64,000 bases of DNA from a candidate division WOR-3 bacterium (GTDB lineage Bacteria; Hydrothermota; Hydrothermia; LBFQ01; DSFT01). The stretch covers positions 13,576 to 77,575 of the forward strand of contig CBFGJN010000001.1 in assembly GCA_965649115.1 (NCBI GenBank). Direction: 5' to 3'. This document shows, one piece after another, positions 32,417 to 43,218 of the stretch. The notes under the pieces are model-generated. The model was given only the letters and a program-made list of their open reading frames with translations, had not been told where the DNA came from and did not search any database. Numbering within the stretch: the stretch's first letter is position 1; each line of letters starts with the position of its first letter. A program made the position numbers and the translations under genes.

Positions 32417-32964
32417 ATAGAGAGTGGGCTATAAATTTAGTTAAACAACATATAAAGAAACCTAATCTTATAAAGCATGTTATAGCGGTTGGAGGGTGTA
32501 TGAGGAGACTTGCTAATTATTTTAATGAAAATGAAGAAAGATGGGAAATAGCAGGAATTTTACATGACTTGGATTATGAATATACAAATGAAGATCCTCA
32601 AAATCATCCTGAAATGGGTGTTAATATATTAAGGGCGTTAGGTTTTAATGATGAAGAAATTTTACATGCTATTTTAGCCCATAATAATAAAGTTCCTCTT
32701 GAAACACTAATGGACAAGGCACTTTATTTATCTGACCCAACAAGTGGATTTATTGTTGCTTGTGCTTTAATTTTACCTCAAAAAAATTTAGATTATGTTG
32801 ATGTTGATTTTATGTTAAGAAGGTTTAAAGAAAAGTCATTTGCAAAAGGAGCTAATAGAGAACAGATATTAAGGTGTAAAGAACTTTTAAATTTGGAATT
32901 AAGTGAATTTCTTAATTTATGTCTTGAAGGTTTGAAACTTGTTAGAAGTGAGCTTGAATTATGA
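32413..32964 (+). CDS. HD-domain phosphohydrolase
   Basis: 'LIKH', 'GILHDLDYE', 'AILAH', 'FKEKSFAKGANRE'. Confidence 0.9.
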   Translation: MNREWAINLVKQHIKKPNLIKHVIAVGGCMRRLANYFNENEERWEIAGILHDLDYEYTNEDPQNHPEMGVNILRALGFNDEEILHAILAHNNKVPLETLMDKALYLSDPTSGFIVACALILPQKNLDYVDVDFMLRRFKEKSFAKGANREQILRCKELLNLELSEFLNLCLEGLKLVRSELEL

Positions 32965-33926
32965 TTGTTGATACAATTGTTTTTTCATTTGTAGGCGATA
33001 TAATGATTACGAATAACTATCCATTTTCTGAAAAATTGCCATCTTACGAAGTTTTTAAAAATTCGGATATTGCTTTTGGAAATCTTGAAGGTCCAATAAT
33101 TGAAAATGGTAAATCTACAAAATGTTCAGAAGAAAGTATAAAATTAAAAAAATGTTTTGCATTTAAGATGCCAAAAATTTCTGCAATTTATTTAAAAGAA
33201 ATGGGTTTTAATGTTTTAGCATTAGCTAATAATCATATTTTAGATTATGGAATTGAAGGCATAGAATCAACAAAGAAAATGCTTGATAGTGTTAAAATTA
33301 ACTATTGTGGAACTAATAAAGAAGATAATGCTTATGTAATTTTGAAAGTTAGGAACACGAAAATTGGTATTATTTGTTTTGACCATAATCCTATTTCTCC
33401 CAGTGTAAATGATATTGAATATTCAAAAAAAATTGTTAGAGATTTAAGAAAAAATGTAGATATTTTGATTGTTTCATTTCATGGAGGAGCAGAAGGTTCA
33501 AATGCTCAAAGGGTTAAGGATGGAAATGAGTACTTTTATGGTGAAAATAGAGGAAATTTAAAATTGTTTTCAAGAATTGTAATTGATGAAGGTGCTGATT
33601 TAGTAATAGGTCATGGACCTCATGTTTTAAGAGGTATGGAAGTTTATAAAAATAAATTAATAGCTTATTCACTTGGTAATTTCTTGACTTATGAACATTT
33701 TAATCTTTCGGGTAATCAATCAATTACTTGTGTTTTACAAGTTAAACTAACTTCAAAGGGTGAATTTGTTGAAGGCAAAATTTATCCTTTTAAACTTTTT
33801 GGCATTGGTTTATTAAGAGAAGATAATGATAAAAATGCAATAAAAATTATTAAGAAACTATCAGAATTGGATTTTCCAGAAACTAAACCTATTATTCTTG
33901 ATGATGGAACAATAAAATTAAAATAA
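32961..33926 (+). CDS. CapA-family metallophosphatase
   Basis: 'GDIM', 'NLEG', 'ANNHILDYG', 'GHGPHV', 'YSLGNF'. Confidence 0.9.
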   Translation: MIVDTIVFSFVGDIMITNNYPFSEKLPSYEVFKNSDIAFGNLEGPIIENGKSTKCSEESIKLKKCFAFKMPKISAIYLKEMGFNVLALANNHILDYGIEGIESTKKMLDSVKINYCGTNKEDNAYVILKVRNTKIGIICFDHNPISPSVNDIEYSKKIVRDLRKNVDILIVSFHGGAEGSNAQRVKDGNEYFYGENRGNLKLFSRIVIDEGADLVIGHGPHVLRGMEVYKNKLIAYSLGNFLTYEHFNLSGNQSITCVLQVKLTSKGEFVEGKIYPFKLFGIGLLREDNDKNAIKIIKKLSELDFPETKPIILDDGTIKLK

Positions 33927-33929
33927 ATA

Positions 33930-34952
33930 ATGAAGTTAATTTTTCTTATTATCTTTTCTTTCCATTTATTTTCCTTAATCATTGCCATTTATAAATTCTT
34001 CTCAATTAAAAAATTAAAAAGAAACTATCAAAATAACTTTAATAGAATCTCTATTTTAATTCCTGCGAGAAATGAAGAAAGAAACATAGAAAGAATTTTA
34101 AATTCTATTAAAAATTTAGATTATGAAAATTACGAAGTTTTAATTTATGATGATTTATCAGAAGATAGGACTTATGAAATTGCTAAAGGTTTTGAAAGTG
34201 AAAAAATAAGAGTTATAAAGGGATTTGATAAGCCAAAAGAATGGGTTGGTAAAAATTTTGCTCTTTATAATCTTGTAAAATTTTCAAGTGGAGAAATTTT
34301 ATTATTTTTAGATGCAGATATTGAAATCAAAGATAAGGAGATTTTAAAAAAAATTTCAGAAAATATAAATGATGATGTTATTACAGGTTTTGGAAAATTT
34401 GAAGGATATGGAAAATTTATATTATCTATTGTTCCTTATTTATTTTCAATAATCCCAATAAATTTGGGTTTAAATGGTCAATTTTGGGCAATTAAAAAAA
34501 ACATTTATTTAAAATACAATCCTCATCTTTTATTTAAAAACGAAATTCTTGAAGATGTTAAAATTGGAAATTATCTAAAAATGAAGGGAATTAAGGTTAA
34601 GTTTTATGATTTGAAAGATGTGTTTGAAGTCAGAATGTACAATAATTTTAATGAATTACTTGAAGGTCTTACAAAAAATTCTTATAGAATGTTTGGAAAA
34701 TTTTTAACACCAATTGCACTCATTTTTTATATTTTATTTTTCATATTACCATTTTTAAAATTTTGGAAAATTGGATTTATAGTTATCTTTGTAAAATTTA
34801 TTTCGGATTTTAAGTTTGGCTTTTCAATTAAAGAAACAATTTTATCACCAATTGGTTTTATGATATTTGGAATAATTATTTTAAGGTCTTGGATTTTTTC
34901 TATTTTAAATAGAATTTATTGGAAAGGTAGAAAATTGGAAACTAAATTGTGA
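33930..34952 (+). CDS. GT2 glycosyltransferase (CrtQ/HpnB-like)
   Basis: 'IPARNEE', 'DDLSEDRT', 'P..WVGK.FA', 'FLDAD', 'LED', 'WKGR'. Confidence 0.8.
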   Translation: MKLIFLIIFSFHLFSLIIAIYKFFSIKKLKRNYQNNFNRISILIPARNEERNIERILNSIKNLDYENYEVLIYDDLSEDRTYEIAKGFESEKIRVIKGFDKPKEWVGKNFALYNLVKFSSGEILLFLDADIEIKDKEILKKISENINDDVITGFGKFEGYGKFILSIVPYLFSIIPINLGLNGQFWAIKKNIYLKYNPHLLFKNEILEDVKIGNYLKMKGIKVKFYDLKDVFEVRMYNNFNELLEGLTKNSYRMFGKFLTPIALIFYILFFILPFLKFWKIGFIVIFVKFISDFKFGFSIKETILSPIGFMIFGIIILRSWIFSILNRIYWKGRKLETKL

Positions 34953-35012
34953 GTTAATGTTAAGTTTTTCATTATAAATAAGTTATTTTCGAGTGGGTGG
35001 GGAAAATAAAGT

Positions 35013-35519
35013 TGCTTTGTTCAATAAAAATTTTAAGAAAACTATTGATTTTAGCGGGTTTTTAAGGGGGGCAAAGCCCCCCATAACCGAAATAGACACA
35101 GCAAATATATTTTGCTTTGTCCAGTAATTATTGTCAATCACTTGATAATCAATAACTTATAAAATTTTTAGGGAAATTATAGATTTCATTAGGGGGATTT
35201 TAGGGGGGCGAAGTCCCCCACAGCCTAAAAATGGGCATTTTAAAGCCGAAAGCTTTTATTTAGGGTGAGCGAGGAAAAATAGTAAAATAAATAATTTTAG
35301 AATTATTAGACACAGCAAATATATTTAACTTTGTCTAGTAATTGGTGTTAAGTTATTGATAATCAATAATTTGTGAAAACTTAATAAAATTATTGTCTTT
35401 ATGGGGGTTTTAAGGGGGGCGAAGCCCCCCATAGCCGAAATATGGGTATTTTAAAGCCGAAGGCTTAATTTTAGGGTGGGTGGGAAAAATAAATGGTTTT
35501 AGAATTACTAGACACAGCA
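35013..35519 (+). mobile_element. Tandem MITE cluster: 35013-35103, 35113-35317, 35327-35519
   Basis: Each copy ends GACACAGCA and is followed by the same 9-mer AATATATTT. Confidence 0.9.
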
Positions 35520-35553
35520 AATATATTTATCAATTCTACTTTAAAATTTCATT

Positions 35554-35739
35554 ATGAAAAAAATTTTAATAATTATAATTTTTTTACTTTCTTGTGAGAA
35601 AGAAGCTGATATTATAATAGAAAAAAATGGCTCTGTAATTATAAAAAGTAAAAGAATTAAATGCGAAAAAGAAAAATTCCTTTTTTGGGAAACAGGTAGA
35701 TTGAAATGTTATATTGTAGAGGAAAAAGGGAGAAAATAA
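35554..35739 (+). CDS. Small lipoprotein
   Basis: MKKILIIIIFLLSC lipobox; -10 motif 6 nt upstream. Confidence 0.7.
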   Translation: MKKILIIIIFLLSCEKEADIIIEKNGSVIIKSKRIKCEKEKFLFWETGRLKCYIVEEKGRK

Positions 35740-35741
35740 AA

Positions 35742-37199
35742 ATGTTGCTTTTATTTCTTTTTGGAAGTTTTTCATTAATTTTAACTCAATATCCATTTTA
35801 TTTTTTTCCAGCAAGCTTATTTGCTTTTGTTCCACTGCTTATTATAACGAAAAATTTTGATAATAAAAGGACATTTTTTATAAGTTTTCTTTATACCTTT
35901 CCATTTTTTTTTATTCATTTAAATTGGTTGTACAATTTAGATGTAGGTAAAAGTCTTGGGGTTTTATTAGTGATTGGTGTTAGTTTTATGATAATTTTAA
36001 GAACAATTTTATTTTGTATTTGGTTTTTATTATTTAGAAAATCAAAAAGTCCTATTATTTTTGGACTTTCATTTACAGTCTATGAATGGATTATTTCATA
36101 TTGGTTATTTGATTTATCACTTCCTTGGGCAAATTATTATTATTCATCACTTGGTTTTTTAATATATGCTCAAATTAGTTCAGTTTTTGGTCCTCATTTC
36201 ATAACATTTTCTCTTATTACATTCAATTATGCACTTTATCTCTCAATTGAAAGAAGGATTAATATATTGCCATATTCATTTTTTATACTAATTATAGTAA
36301 TTTTTGGTATCTTTTGGAAGAATTTTAAAATTAAAGAAAATGATTATTTAAGAGTTGCTATTATTCAACCAAATGTCCTTCCAAGATATGCTTATGACCC
36401 GATGGAATGGAAAGAGACAAGAGAAGCATTTTCAATTCTATTAGATTCCATAAAAAATAAAAATTATGATATTTTAGTTTTGTCTGAATCAGCAATACCT
36501 GGAATTTATCCTCAAAATTATTGGAATTTTGAACTTGTTAATAAAATTTTAAAAGAAACAAAAAGGCCAATTCTAATGGGAAGTGCTCGTGAGGAAGATG
36601 GTAATTATTATAATACAGCTCTTTTAATTGATACAACTGGAAAAATTGTTGATTTTTATGATAAAGTTCATATTGTTCCTTTTGGTGAAAATCTACCATT
36701 TTATGAATATCTTCCAAATTTTATTAAAAATTTAGATTTAGGTCAAGGCAATTACAAGAAGGGAAAATTTTTCAAACCTATTAATTTTAATGAACAAAAA
36801 ATTGGTGTTATGATATGTTATGAAAGTATATTTCCTGAAATTTCAAGAAGCTTAGTTAGGAATGGTTCAAATGTTCTTTTTGTTATAACGAATGACGGAT
36901 GGTTTGGTCCTTCAACAGGACCAAGAGAACATTATTTATTTTCAAAATTGAGAGCTATTGAAACAGGAAAATTCATTGTTAGGAGTGCAAAGACTGGTAT
37001 TTCTGCTATTATAAATGATAAGGGAGAGACAATTAAGGAGATAGATTTATTTAAAAGAGGATATTTAATTGAAAATGTTCCAACTAATGACTATAAAACA
37101 TTATATTCTTATATTGGAGAATCTTGGATTTTCGTTATTTTCTTGCTTTTAGTGATTTTAAAATTTCTTCAAATTTTCCATAAAAATTCTCATAACTAA
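35742..37199 (+). CDS. lnt: Apolipoprotein N-acyltransferase (start moved to ATG 35742)
   Basis: 'LPW', 'IQPN', 'YDKVHIVPFGE', 'ICYESIF', 'TNDGWF', 'RAIE'. Confidence 0.95.
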   Translation: MLLLFLFGSFSLILTQYPFYFFPASLFAFVPLLIITKNFDNKRTFFISFLYTFPFFFIHLNWLYNLDVGKSLGVLLVIGVSFMIILRTILFCIWFLLFRKSKSPIIFGLSFTVYEWIISYWLFDLSLPWANYYYSSLGFLIYAQISSVFGPHFITFSLITFNYALYLSIERRINILPYSFFILIIVIFGIFWKNFKIKENDYLRVAIIQPNVLPRYAYDPMEWKETREAFSILLDSIKNKNYDILVLSESAIPGIYPQNYWNFELVNKILKETKRPILMGSAREEDGNYYNTALLIDTTGKIVDFYDKVHIVPFGENLPFYEYLPNFIKNLDLGQGNYKKGKFFKPINFNEQKIGVMICYESIFPEISRSLVRNGSNVLFVITNDGWFGPSTGPREHYLFSKLRAIETGKFIVRSAKTGISAIINDKGETIKEIDLFKRGYLIENVPTNDYKTLYSYIGESWIFVIFLLLVILKFLQIFHKNSHN

Positions 37200-38049
37200 A
37201 TAATTTAATAAATAATTCTTTTTGATTGAAATCTTCAATTTCAGAGTTTTTAATATAATTTGCGATTTGTTCTATACTATCAAAACACCATTCATATTTA
37301 CTAACTAATTGTAAAATCTCAAAAGCTCCACCTGCACTACTTAGGGTTAAAACAGGAACACCATAATAGAGTGATTCTAAACAAACAAAAGGAAATGCTT
37401 CATAATAACTTGTTATTATAATTGCTTTTGCCTTATTAATAAATTCATAAACATTATTGACATATCCAAAAAATTTAATGTTATTATAATTTTTTCCTTC
37501 AACACCTAAAACCCATCCCTCATAATTAGGCAATAATTTCATAAGCTCTAAGAATCTATTTAGTCCTTTAATCCAAGCATTTCTTCCAATCCAAAGCAAA
37601 ACATTCTCATTTTTATTTCTTTCCATTTTTGGTAATGAATCAAAATCCAAAGGAGAATGTAAAATAAAGCTATTAACATTATAAAATTTTTTAGCCATAA
37701 AACTCATAGAAAATGAAACACTTATAAAATAATCAAAGTTTTTAAGCCAATTTCTAAATTTGATAAGTTTTAGGATATGATAAGGATTAAATTCAAATTT
37801 ATTTAGAATCATTCTTTTAGAAACTTCTCTTAAGCCTTGAAAGTAATAAATTTTTATTTTATTTTTAAAAGGTTCAAAATTAAAATTAGAAATATAGCCG
37901 TGTAAAATAATAGTATCAACTTCATCTAGGTTTAAAGGTGGTTCTTTTTGTTTTTTCATTTCCCAAATAATTTCACCTTTCCTTTCAAGAATTTTTAAGA
38001 ATGTTCCTATTCCACCTCCTTTTATGTTTGTAATATGAAGAACTTTCAT
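37135..38049 (-). CDS. GT4-family glycosyltransferase
   Basis: 'GGG', 'GR...KG', 'SYYEAFPFVCLES...GVPV'. Confidence 0.8.
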   Translation of the reverse strand: MKVLHITNIKGGGIGTFLKILERKGEIIWEMKKQKEPPLNLDEVDTIILHGYISNFNFEPFKNKIKIYYFQGLREVSKRMILNKFEFNPYHILKLIKFRNWLKNFDYFISVSFSMSFMAKKFYNVNSFILHSPLDFDSLPKMERNKNENVLLWIGRNAWIKGLNRFLELMKLLPNYEGWVLGVEGKNYNNIKFFGYVNNVYEFINKAKAIIITSYYEAFPFVCLESLYYGVPVLTLSSAGGAFEILQLVSKYEWCFDSIEQIANYIKNSEIEDFNQKELFIKLFSYENFYGKFEEILKSLKARK

Positions 38050-38984
38050 TATTTTAATATAAATTCAGGATTATCCAAAATTCTTTTAATTCCTTCTTCT
38101 ATGCTAATAAATTCTTTCTTGTAAAACATTCTTAACTTTGAAATATCAGGGCATCTTCTTTTCATATCACCCTCTTGGAGGGGTGGAAGAAAAACGATTT
38201 GCGATTTTGAATTTGATAAATTTTTAATGATATTAGCAAGTTCTAAAATTGTTATTTCATTATCTGAACCTATATTAACAATTTCATTCATAAAAATATC
38301 TTTTTCAATTGTAAAAATAATTATATCTATTAAATCATTTATGTAAAGAAATGTTCTCGTTTGTTTTCCATCTCCATATATTGTAATTGGTTCATTCTTT
38401 AAAGCTTGTTTTATAAATTTAGAAATTACAAAATCGGGTCTTTGAAGCTCTCCATATATATTGAATAATCTAAAAATTGTCCAAGATAAATTATGTTGTC
38501 TTGAAAAATGTCTTATATAAGTTTCTCCAAAGACTTTTACAACAGCATAAGGTAATTTTGAATTTAATGGTGTTGATTCCTCATCTTGTGGAATTTTAAA
38601 TGGTTCTCCATAAACTTCTGATGATGATGAAAAAAATAATCTTTTAACATTTGTATAATATGAAAGATGAACAATGTTCTTTATCCCTTCAATATCCTTA
38701 AAAACAAGCATAGGATTTTCTAATGTTTGTTTGACACCTACAACAGCAGCAAAATGAAAAACATAATCAAATGAATAAGTGTAAAAAATTGATGATATTG
38801 AATTAAAATCATTTACATCGCAATTTATAAATTTGATATTATCTGCTTTTTTAATTCTTCTTAAATCCCCAAATAGTAAATTATCAACACACACAATAAA
38901 CCAATTTGGAAACTTTTCAGATAAAGCGTTTGCTAATGATGCACCTATAAAACCTGCTACACCTGTTATAAGAACTTTTTTCAT
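38049..38984 (-). CDS. NAD-dependent nucleotide-sugar epimerase/dehydratase
   Basis: 'TGVAGFIG', 'SSSEVYG', YxxxK, 'GDGKQTRTF'. Confidence 0.92.
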   Translation of the reverse strand: MKKVLITGVAGFIGASLANALSEKFPNWFIVCVDNLLFGDLRRIKKADNIKFINCDVNDFNSISSIFYTYSFDYVFHFAAVVGVKQTLENPMLVFKDIEGIKNIVHLSYYTNVKRLFFSSSSEVYGEPFKIPQDEESTPLNSKLPYAVVKVFGETYIRHFSRQHNLSWTIFRLFNIYGELQRPDFVISKFIKQALKNEPITIYGDGKQTRTFLYINDLIDIIIFTIEKDIFMNEIVNIGSDNEITILELANIIKNLSNSKSQIVFLPPLQEGDMKRRCPDISKLRMFYKKEFISIEEGIKRILDNPEFILK

Positions 38985-39014
38985 AGTATGAAATTTTAAA
39001 CGAGGTAAAAGATG

Positions 39015-39166
39015 AAAAATTATTTTAATGAGACTTTTGATTTCATGGGGGGATTGAAGGGGGTGGTAGCCCCCTACTGCTGAAAAATGTGTATTTTAAA
39101 GGTTCCACCTTGGTGGATGGGTAAAATAAAGAAATAATCTATATTTTAGAATTACTAGACAAAGAA
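39015..39166 (+). mobile_element. Diverged MITE copy
   Basis: GGGGGTGGTAGCCCCC, AAGGTTCCACCTT, end AATTACTAGACAAAGAA. Confidence 0.75.
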
Positions 39167-39204
39167 AATAATTTTAAATAATTTTCCTTAAAATTTTAAG
39201 TTTA

Positions 39205-40092
39205 ATGAAATTTCCAATTTCTTTAATTTTTTTAATCGTTTCATTATTTTTTTATTTTTTGAAAACTGATTTTTCTCTATTTTTTCTTTCAGTTCATAAA
39301 TTGATGATAATTTTTATTGTTGGTTCATCGTTGTCAATTTCAGGTCTTATTTTACAAAATTTGTTAAAAAATCCACTTGTTGAACCATATATTCTTGGTA
39401 TATCTTCAGTTTCTGCGCTTGGTTATGTTTTATCAATTATTCTAAACTTAAATGTTGTTTTATCGAATATCTTAATGCTAATTTTTGTTTTTATCTGTTT
39501 TTTTATTATTATGCTAAGTTATGATAATTCATTTAAGCTTATATTGGTCGGTATAGCAATAAATATGCTATCTTCAAGTTTAATAAATTTTTTGATGGCA
39601 ATTTCAAAACAAGATATATTCAAAACAATTTTTATTCTTTGGGGAAATGTTGATAGAATTTTGAAAAAATCAGAAGTTATATTTCTATATTTCTGTTTTG
39701 TAGTAGTTATAATAATTATATTTTGGTTATTTTTAAATCGTAAAAAGCTTTTATTGTTATCACTTTCAGATGAAGAAGCATTAAGTTTTGGTTTTGATAT
39801 AAAAAGATATAAAAAAATTTTTTTAATAATAAGCTTTTTCTTAACATCAATTAGTGTGTATTTTGCAGGAATTATTGGTTTTATAGGTTTGATTGTTCCA
39901 CATATTTCAAGGATGTTAAATGATGATAATTATAATTCTATAATTATTGATTGTATAGGTTTTTCAGTATCATTTATTATTCTTTCTTTTCTAATTTTTA
40001 AGTTTCTAAATTTATCTTTACCAATAGGAATTATAACTTCAATCATTGGAACACCAATTTTTATTATAATTCTTTTAAGATATTTTAGGTGA
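39205..40092 (+). CDS. FecCD/BtuC-family ABC permease
   Basis: 'QNLLKNPLVEPYILGISS', 'GIIGFIGLIVPH', 'LPIGIITSIIGTP'. Confidence 0.9.
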   Translation: MKFPISLIFLIVSLFFYFLKTDFSLFFLSVHKLMIIFIVGSSLSISGLILQNLLKNPLVEPYILGISSVSALGYVLSIILNLNVVLSNILMLIFVFICFFIIMLSYDNSFKLILVGIAINMLSSSLINFLMAISKQDIFKTIFILWGNVDRILKKSEVIFLYFCFVVVIIIIFWLFLNRKKLLLLSLSDEEALSFGFDIKRYKKIFLIISFFLTSISVYFAGIIGFIGLIVPHISRMLNDDNYNSIIIDCIGFSVSFIILSFLIFKFLNLSLPIGIITSIIGTPIFIIILLRYFR

Positions 40093-40122
40093 TAATAAGA
40101 GGCAATGCTTTAAAATTAACAT

Positions 40123-42045
40123 ATGATTTTCATAACAACTTCTCTAATAACTTTTAAAGTTAGAGATGCTTTTACATTCTTTGGGGTGAGTGATTATAGT
40201 GTCGTCGTTAGAGATCCGAATGGTTCTATTTTAAGCTACAAATCTAACAATCCTATATTCAAATTCCAAGGTGATAAGAAAGGTAAATATGAATTTGAAT
40301 TTTACGCTGATGGTTATCAGACATTAAGTACTTATTTTATGATAGACGATACTACCAATTTGGATGTTGATATTTTACTTTCTTCAAAGGCTTCTAAATT
40401 AGATGATGTTAAATTAATGCCTGATGAAGTTCTTATTGAAGGTTATGTTTCGGATAATGATAATTTAAAACCTCTTCCTAATGTAAAAATTAAAGTTGGA
40501 AATTTAACGACTTTTACTAATGAAAAGGGATACTTTTCGATAAGGCTAATTACTTTTAGTCCTTATGAAGATGAAAATTCAAGAGAATATAGAGTTATAT
40601 CTGACAGAAAAGATATGTCGTTTTCAAAATTTGGTTATAAGGATTACATTTTAAAAAATGTTTTAATAGTTCCTGGAAGAAAAATTATAAGAATTGCTTT
40701 GGAAAAGGGTCAAGGCTTTGTTATTAAGGAATATAAACATGGACTTATTGACAGAAAAACTGATGAATATCTTATAAAGGATGGCATCAATTCAAGTGAA
40801 AATGGTATTTATCAAAAAGATAAATTAGAAAAAATTAAAAGTGATAATGTTATTAATGAGACTGATGTTATACCGTTGCCATTTTTTGATCCACCAAGTT
40901 CAATAAGAGTAGGGACGAATTGTTCTTGTACAAGTTGTTCAAGTGTTTCAGTAATGAGTCTAGAAAATTATGTAGGAACTGGATTAGATGATGAGTGGAT
41001 AGCTGGTTGGAATGCGCAGTCTTTAAGAGCTGGTGCTCTTGCTTATAGGGCTTATGGTTCTTGGTACGTTTTAAATCCTATATCTAATAATTACGATATA
41101 TGTTCTACTGCTTGTTGTCAAGTTTGGAATGCTGATCAATATCAAAGTACAATGAATGCAGCTATTTATACTTCTGGTTTTGCTATTTCGCCGTCTTCTA
41201 ATTCGGTTGCAAGGGCCGAGTATTCTGCTGAAAATAATGGACTTGTTGGTCAATTAAATTGTGTTAATAGTTGTCCTTGTGGAGATGGTAAAGCAGGTTC
41301 TCCTTGTGCAGGTTGGCCTTGTATAAGTGATAATGTTTGTTCTGGGCAGGCTTGTTTTGGACATGGAAGAGGAATGTGTCAGTGGGGAACTTATAGATGG
41401 GGTAATAACGGGAAGTTTTGGGACTGGATGGCGATTCATTATTATTCTCCCAAAGGTTGGCATATTTCAACACCTATGGGATTTACAAATTTATCTGCTA
41501 ATCCAACCAATGTCCAACCTGGTCAAACATTTACAATATATGCAAGTATTTATTCTGGTGCTCAAAATTCACATAATCAAATTATGCTTGGAGCTAGCTT
41601 ATATGATGGTGCTAATTGGATAAGTGATCCTGCTCATGATGTAAAGATAAATATAACGCCAGGAAATGGAACTTATCAAAGACAGTTTACAACACCAAGC
41701 AATATAGCAACTAAGTGTTATGATTTGGTAGTTATGATATGGTTTGATATTGATGAAAATAATCAAATAAACTCTCCTGCTGACTTGCCAATAGATAAGA
41801 TAACTAAAACTAATTATATATGTGTTACTGCTGTTAATCAAAATGAAGTTTCAATAGGAGATTTGAAGTTTTATTTGAAGGATTCAAAACTAATTTTTAG
41901 TGGTTATGGTAGATTTAACTTATACTCCACTGATGGAAAAGTTATAATATCTGATGAAGTAAGGGGTAAAAAGATTTTAAACTTGAAAAGGGGGCTTTAT
42001 ATTTTAAAGGTAGAAAAAATTATCAAAGTTATCTTAATACCATAA
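40123..42045 (+). CDS. Secreted SpoIID/LytB-like protein with carboxypeptidase-regulatory-like domain and T9SS-like CTD
   Basis: 'LENYV...L..EW', 'LRAGA.A.R.Y', 'YDICST..CQV', 'GHGRGMCQWG'; CTD 'LYSTDGK...KRGLYILK'. Confidence 0.75.
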   Translation: MIFITTSLITFKVRDAFTFFGVSDYSVVVRDPNGSILSYKSNNPIFKFQGDKKGKYEFEFYADGYQTLSTYFMIDDTTNLDVDILLSSKASKLDDVKLMPDEVLIEGYVSDNDNLKPLPNVKIKVGNLTTFTNEKGYFSIRLITFSPYEDENSREYRVISDRKDMSFSKFGYKDYILKNVLIVPGRKIIRIALEKGQGFVIKEYKHGLIDRKTDEYLIKDGINSSENGIYQKDKLEKIKSDNVINETDVIPLPFFDPPSSIRVGTNCSCTSCSSVSVMSLENYVGTGLDDEWIAGWNAQSLRAGALAYRAYGSWYVLNPISNNYDICSTACCQVWNADQYQSTMNAAIYTSGFAISPSSNSVARAEYSAENNGLVGQLNCVNSCPCGDGKAGSPCAGWPCISDNVCSGQACFGHGRGMCQWGTYRWGNNGKFWDWMAIHYYSPKGWHISTPMGFTNLSANPTNVQPGQTFTIYASIYSGAQNSHNQIMLGASLYDGANWISDPAHDVKINITPGNGTYQRQFTTPSNIATKCYDLVVMIWFDIDENNQINSPADLPIDKITKTNYICVTAVNQNEVSIGDLKFYLKDSKLIFSGYGRFNLYSTDGKVIISDEVRGKKILNLKRGLYILKVEKIIKVILIP

Positions 42046-42073
42046 TTTAAAAATGTCCCTTAAACTTTTGAGT

Positions 42074-43195
42074 ATGAAGAAACTAACCTTAGCCACTTTG
42101 TTGAGCATAGGGGTTGCTTTTGCAACAGAAACGAGAGTAAATGTTCTAACTCAAAACTCAAATAGATTCGGCTATGCGAACTTCCTCTTGGATGATGAGT
42201 ACATAATTCAATTCTATCCTTCTGCTCTCTTCAAATTCCCAGCCCACTTCACTATTGAAGTTCCTAATATACCAAGAAATACAGTTTATGGTAATTATGA
42301 TTATGCTTCTGCTTTTGGTAAATATCAAAATTATGGATTTGGTGCGTATCTTGGAAGAGATAGGGTAGGTATTGATTTAGATTTAAATGGTAATGTTGAT
42401 TTTACTGTTGTTCCTATTGATCTTGTAGGAGCTATAAACTTAACAAGTGCTTCCTTTGGTCTAAATTTAAGATTTGGAAATGCCTCAATTGATGATAAAC
42501 AGAATCCTGCAACTGTTAATAGTGCAACTGTAATTGGTTTAAATCCATCCTTAACATTTAATATAGCTGAGAATAGTGCTTTTAACCTTGGTATTCCTTT
42601 ACAATTTGTTAATGGTTCAAGCAAAACTGGTAATACTAAAAACTTTGATTATAAAGATAATAGATTTGGTTTCTTTGGAAGATTTTACAATTCAAAATTT
42701 ATAGCTTATGCTTTATATTTAAATAGAAGTCAAAGTTCTGATAATCCAGCGACAAATGCTAACCCTGATATAAAAATTACTACTAATACATTTTCAGCAG
42801 GAGGAGGCTTGAATTTACCAATTTCTGATATTGGATTTGGTATTATTGGTCTTACAGCAAATGTTGAAAGTCAAAATAGGACTGTTGGTAATCAAGAAAC
42901 AAAAACCTCTGATTTCTTCTTAGGATTTCTAATTGGTGGTGAAGTGAAGGCATTAAGAGATAATTTCAAATTGAGAAGTTCATTTACTTATGATTTCCTT
43001 AGGAATGTAGATGCTAATGTTAAAGCAAGTGGAATTGGTAGTGTTGGTGATTTAACACTTGGTTTTGGATATGAAATTGGATTTATAAGATTTGATGCAT
43101 CTGTCTCAACTGAATTAATATATAATGGTCCATATTTCTTAACAGGTGTTCCATCAGGATTTATTCCAAGTATTTCTATTCTCGGAAAATTTTAA
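42074..43195 (+). CDS. Outer-membrane beta-barrel protein (start moved to ATG 42074)
   Basis: Signal MKKLTLATLLSIGVAFA; amphipathic strands; terminal Phe; TAAACT box 7 nt upstream. Confidence 0.75.
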   Translation: MKKLTLATLLSIGVAFATETRVNVLTQNSNRFGYANFLLDDEYIIQFYPSALFKFPAHFTIEVPNIPRNTVYGNYDYASAFGKYQNYGFGAYLGRDRVGIDLDLNGNVDFTVVPIDLVGAINLTSASFGLNLRFGNASIDDKQNPATVNSATVIGLNPSLTFNIAENSAFNLGIPLQFVNGSSKTGNTKNFDYKDNRFGFFGRFYNSKFIAYALYLNRSQSSDNPATNANPDIKITTNTFSAGGGLNLPISDIGFGIIGLTANVESQNRTVGNQETKTSDFFLGFLIGGEVKALRDNFKLRSSFTYDFLRNVDANVKASGIGSVGDLTLGFGYEIGFIRFDASVSTELIYNGPYFLTGVPSGFIPSISILGKF

Positions 43196-43214
43196 GGGGC
43201 TTTTGCCCCTTTTT
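43194..43214 (+). terminator. Intrinsic terminator
   Basis: AAGGGGC-TTTT-GCCCCTT followed by T run. Confidence 0.75.
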
Positions 43215-43218
43215 CAAA

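Noticed and set aside
35013..35519. MITE stacks as a CRISPR array or integron attC array
   Set aside because: Units are ~200 bp with inverted ends and 9-nt junctions; no spacers, cassette ORFs or integrase.
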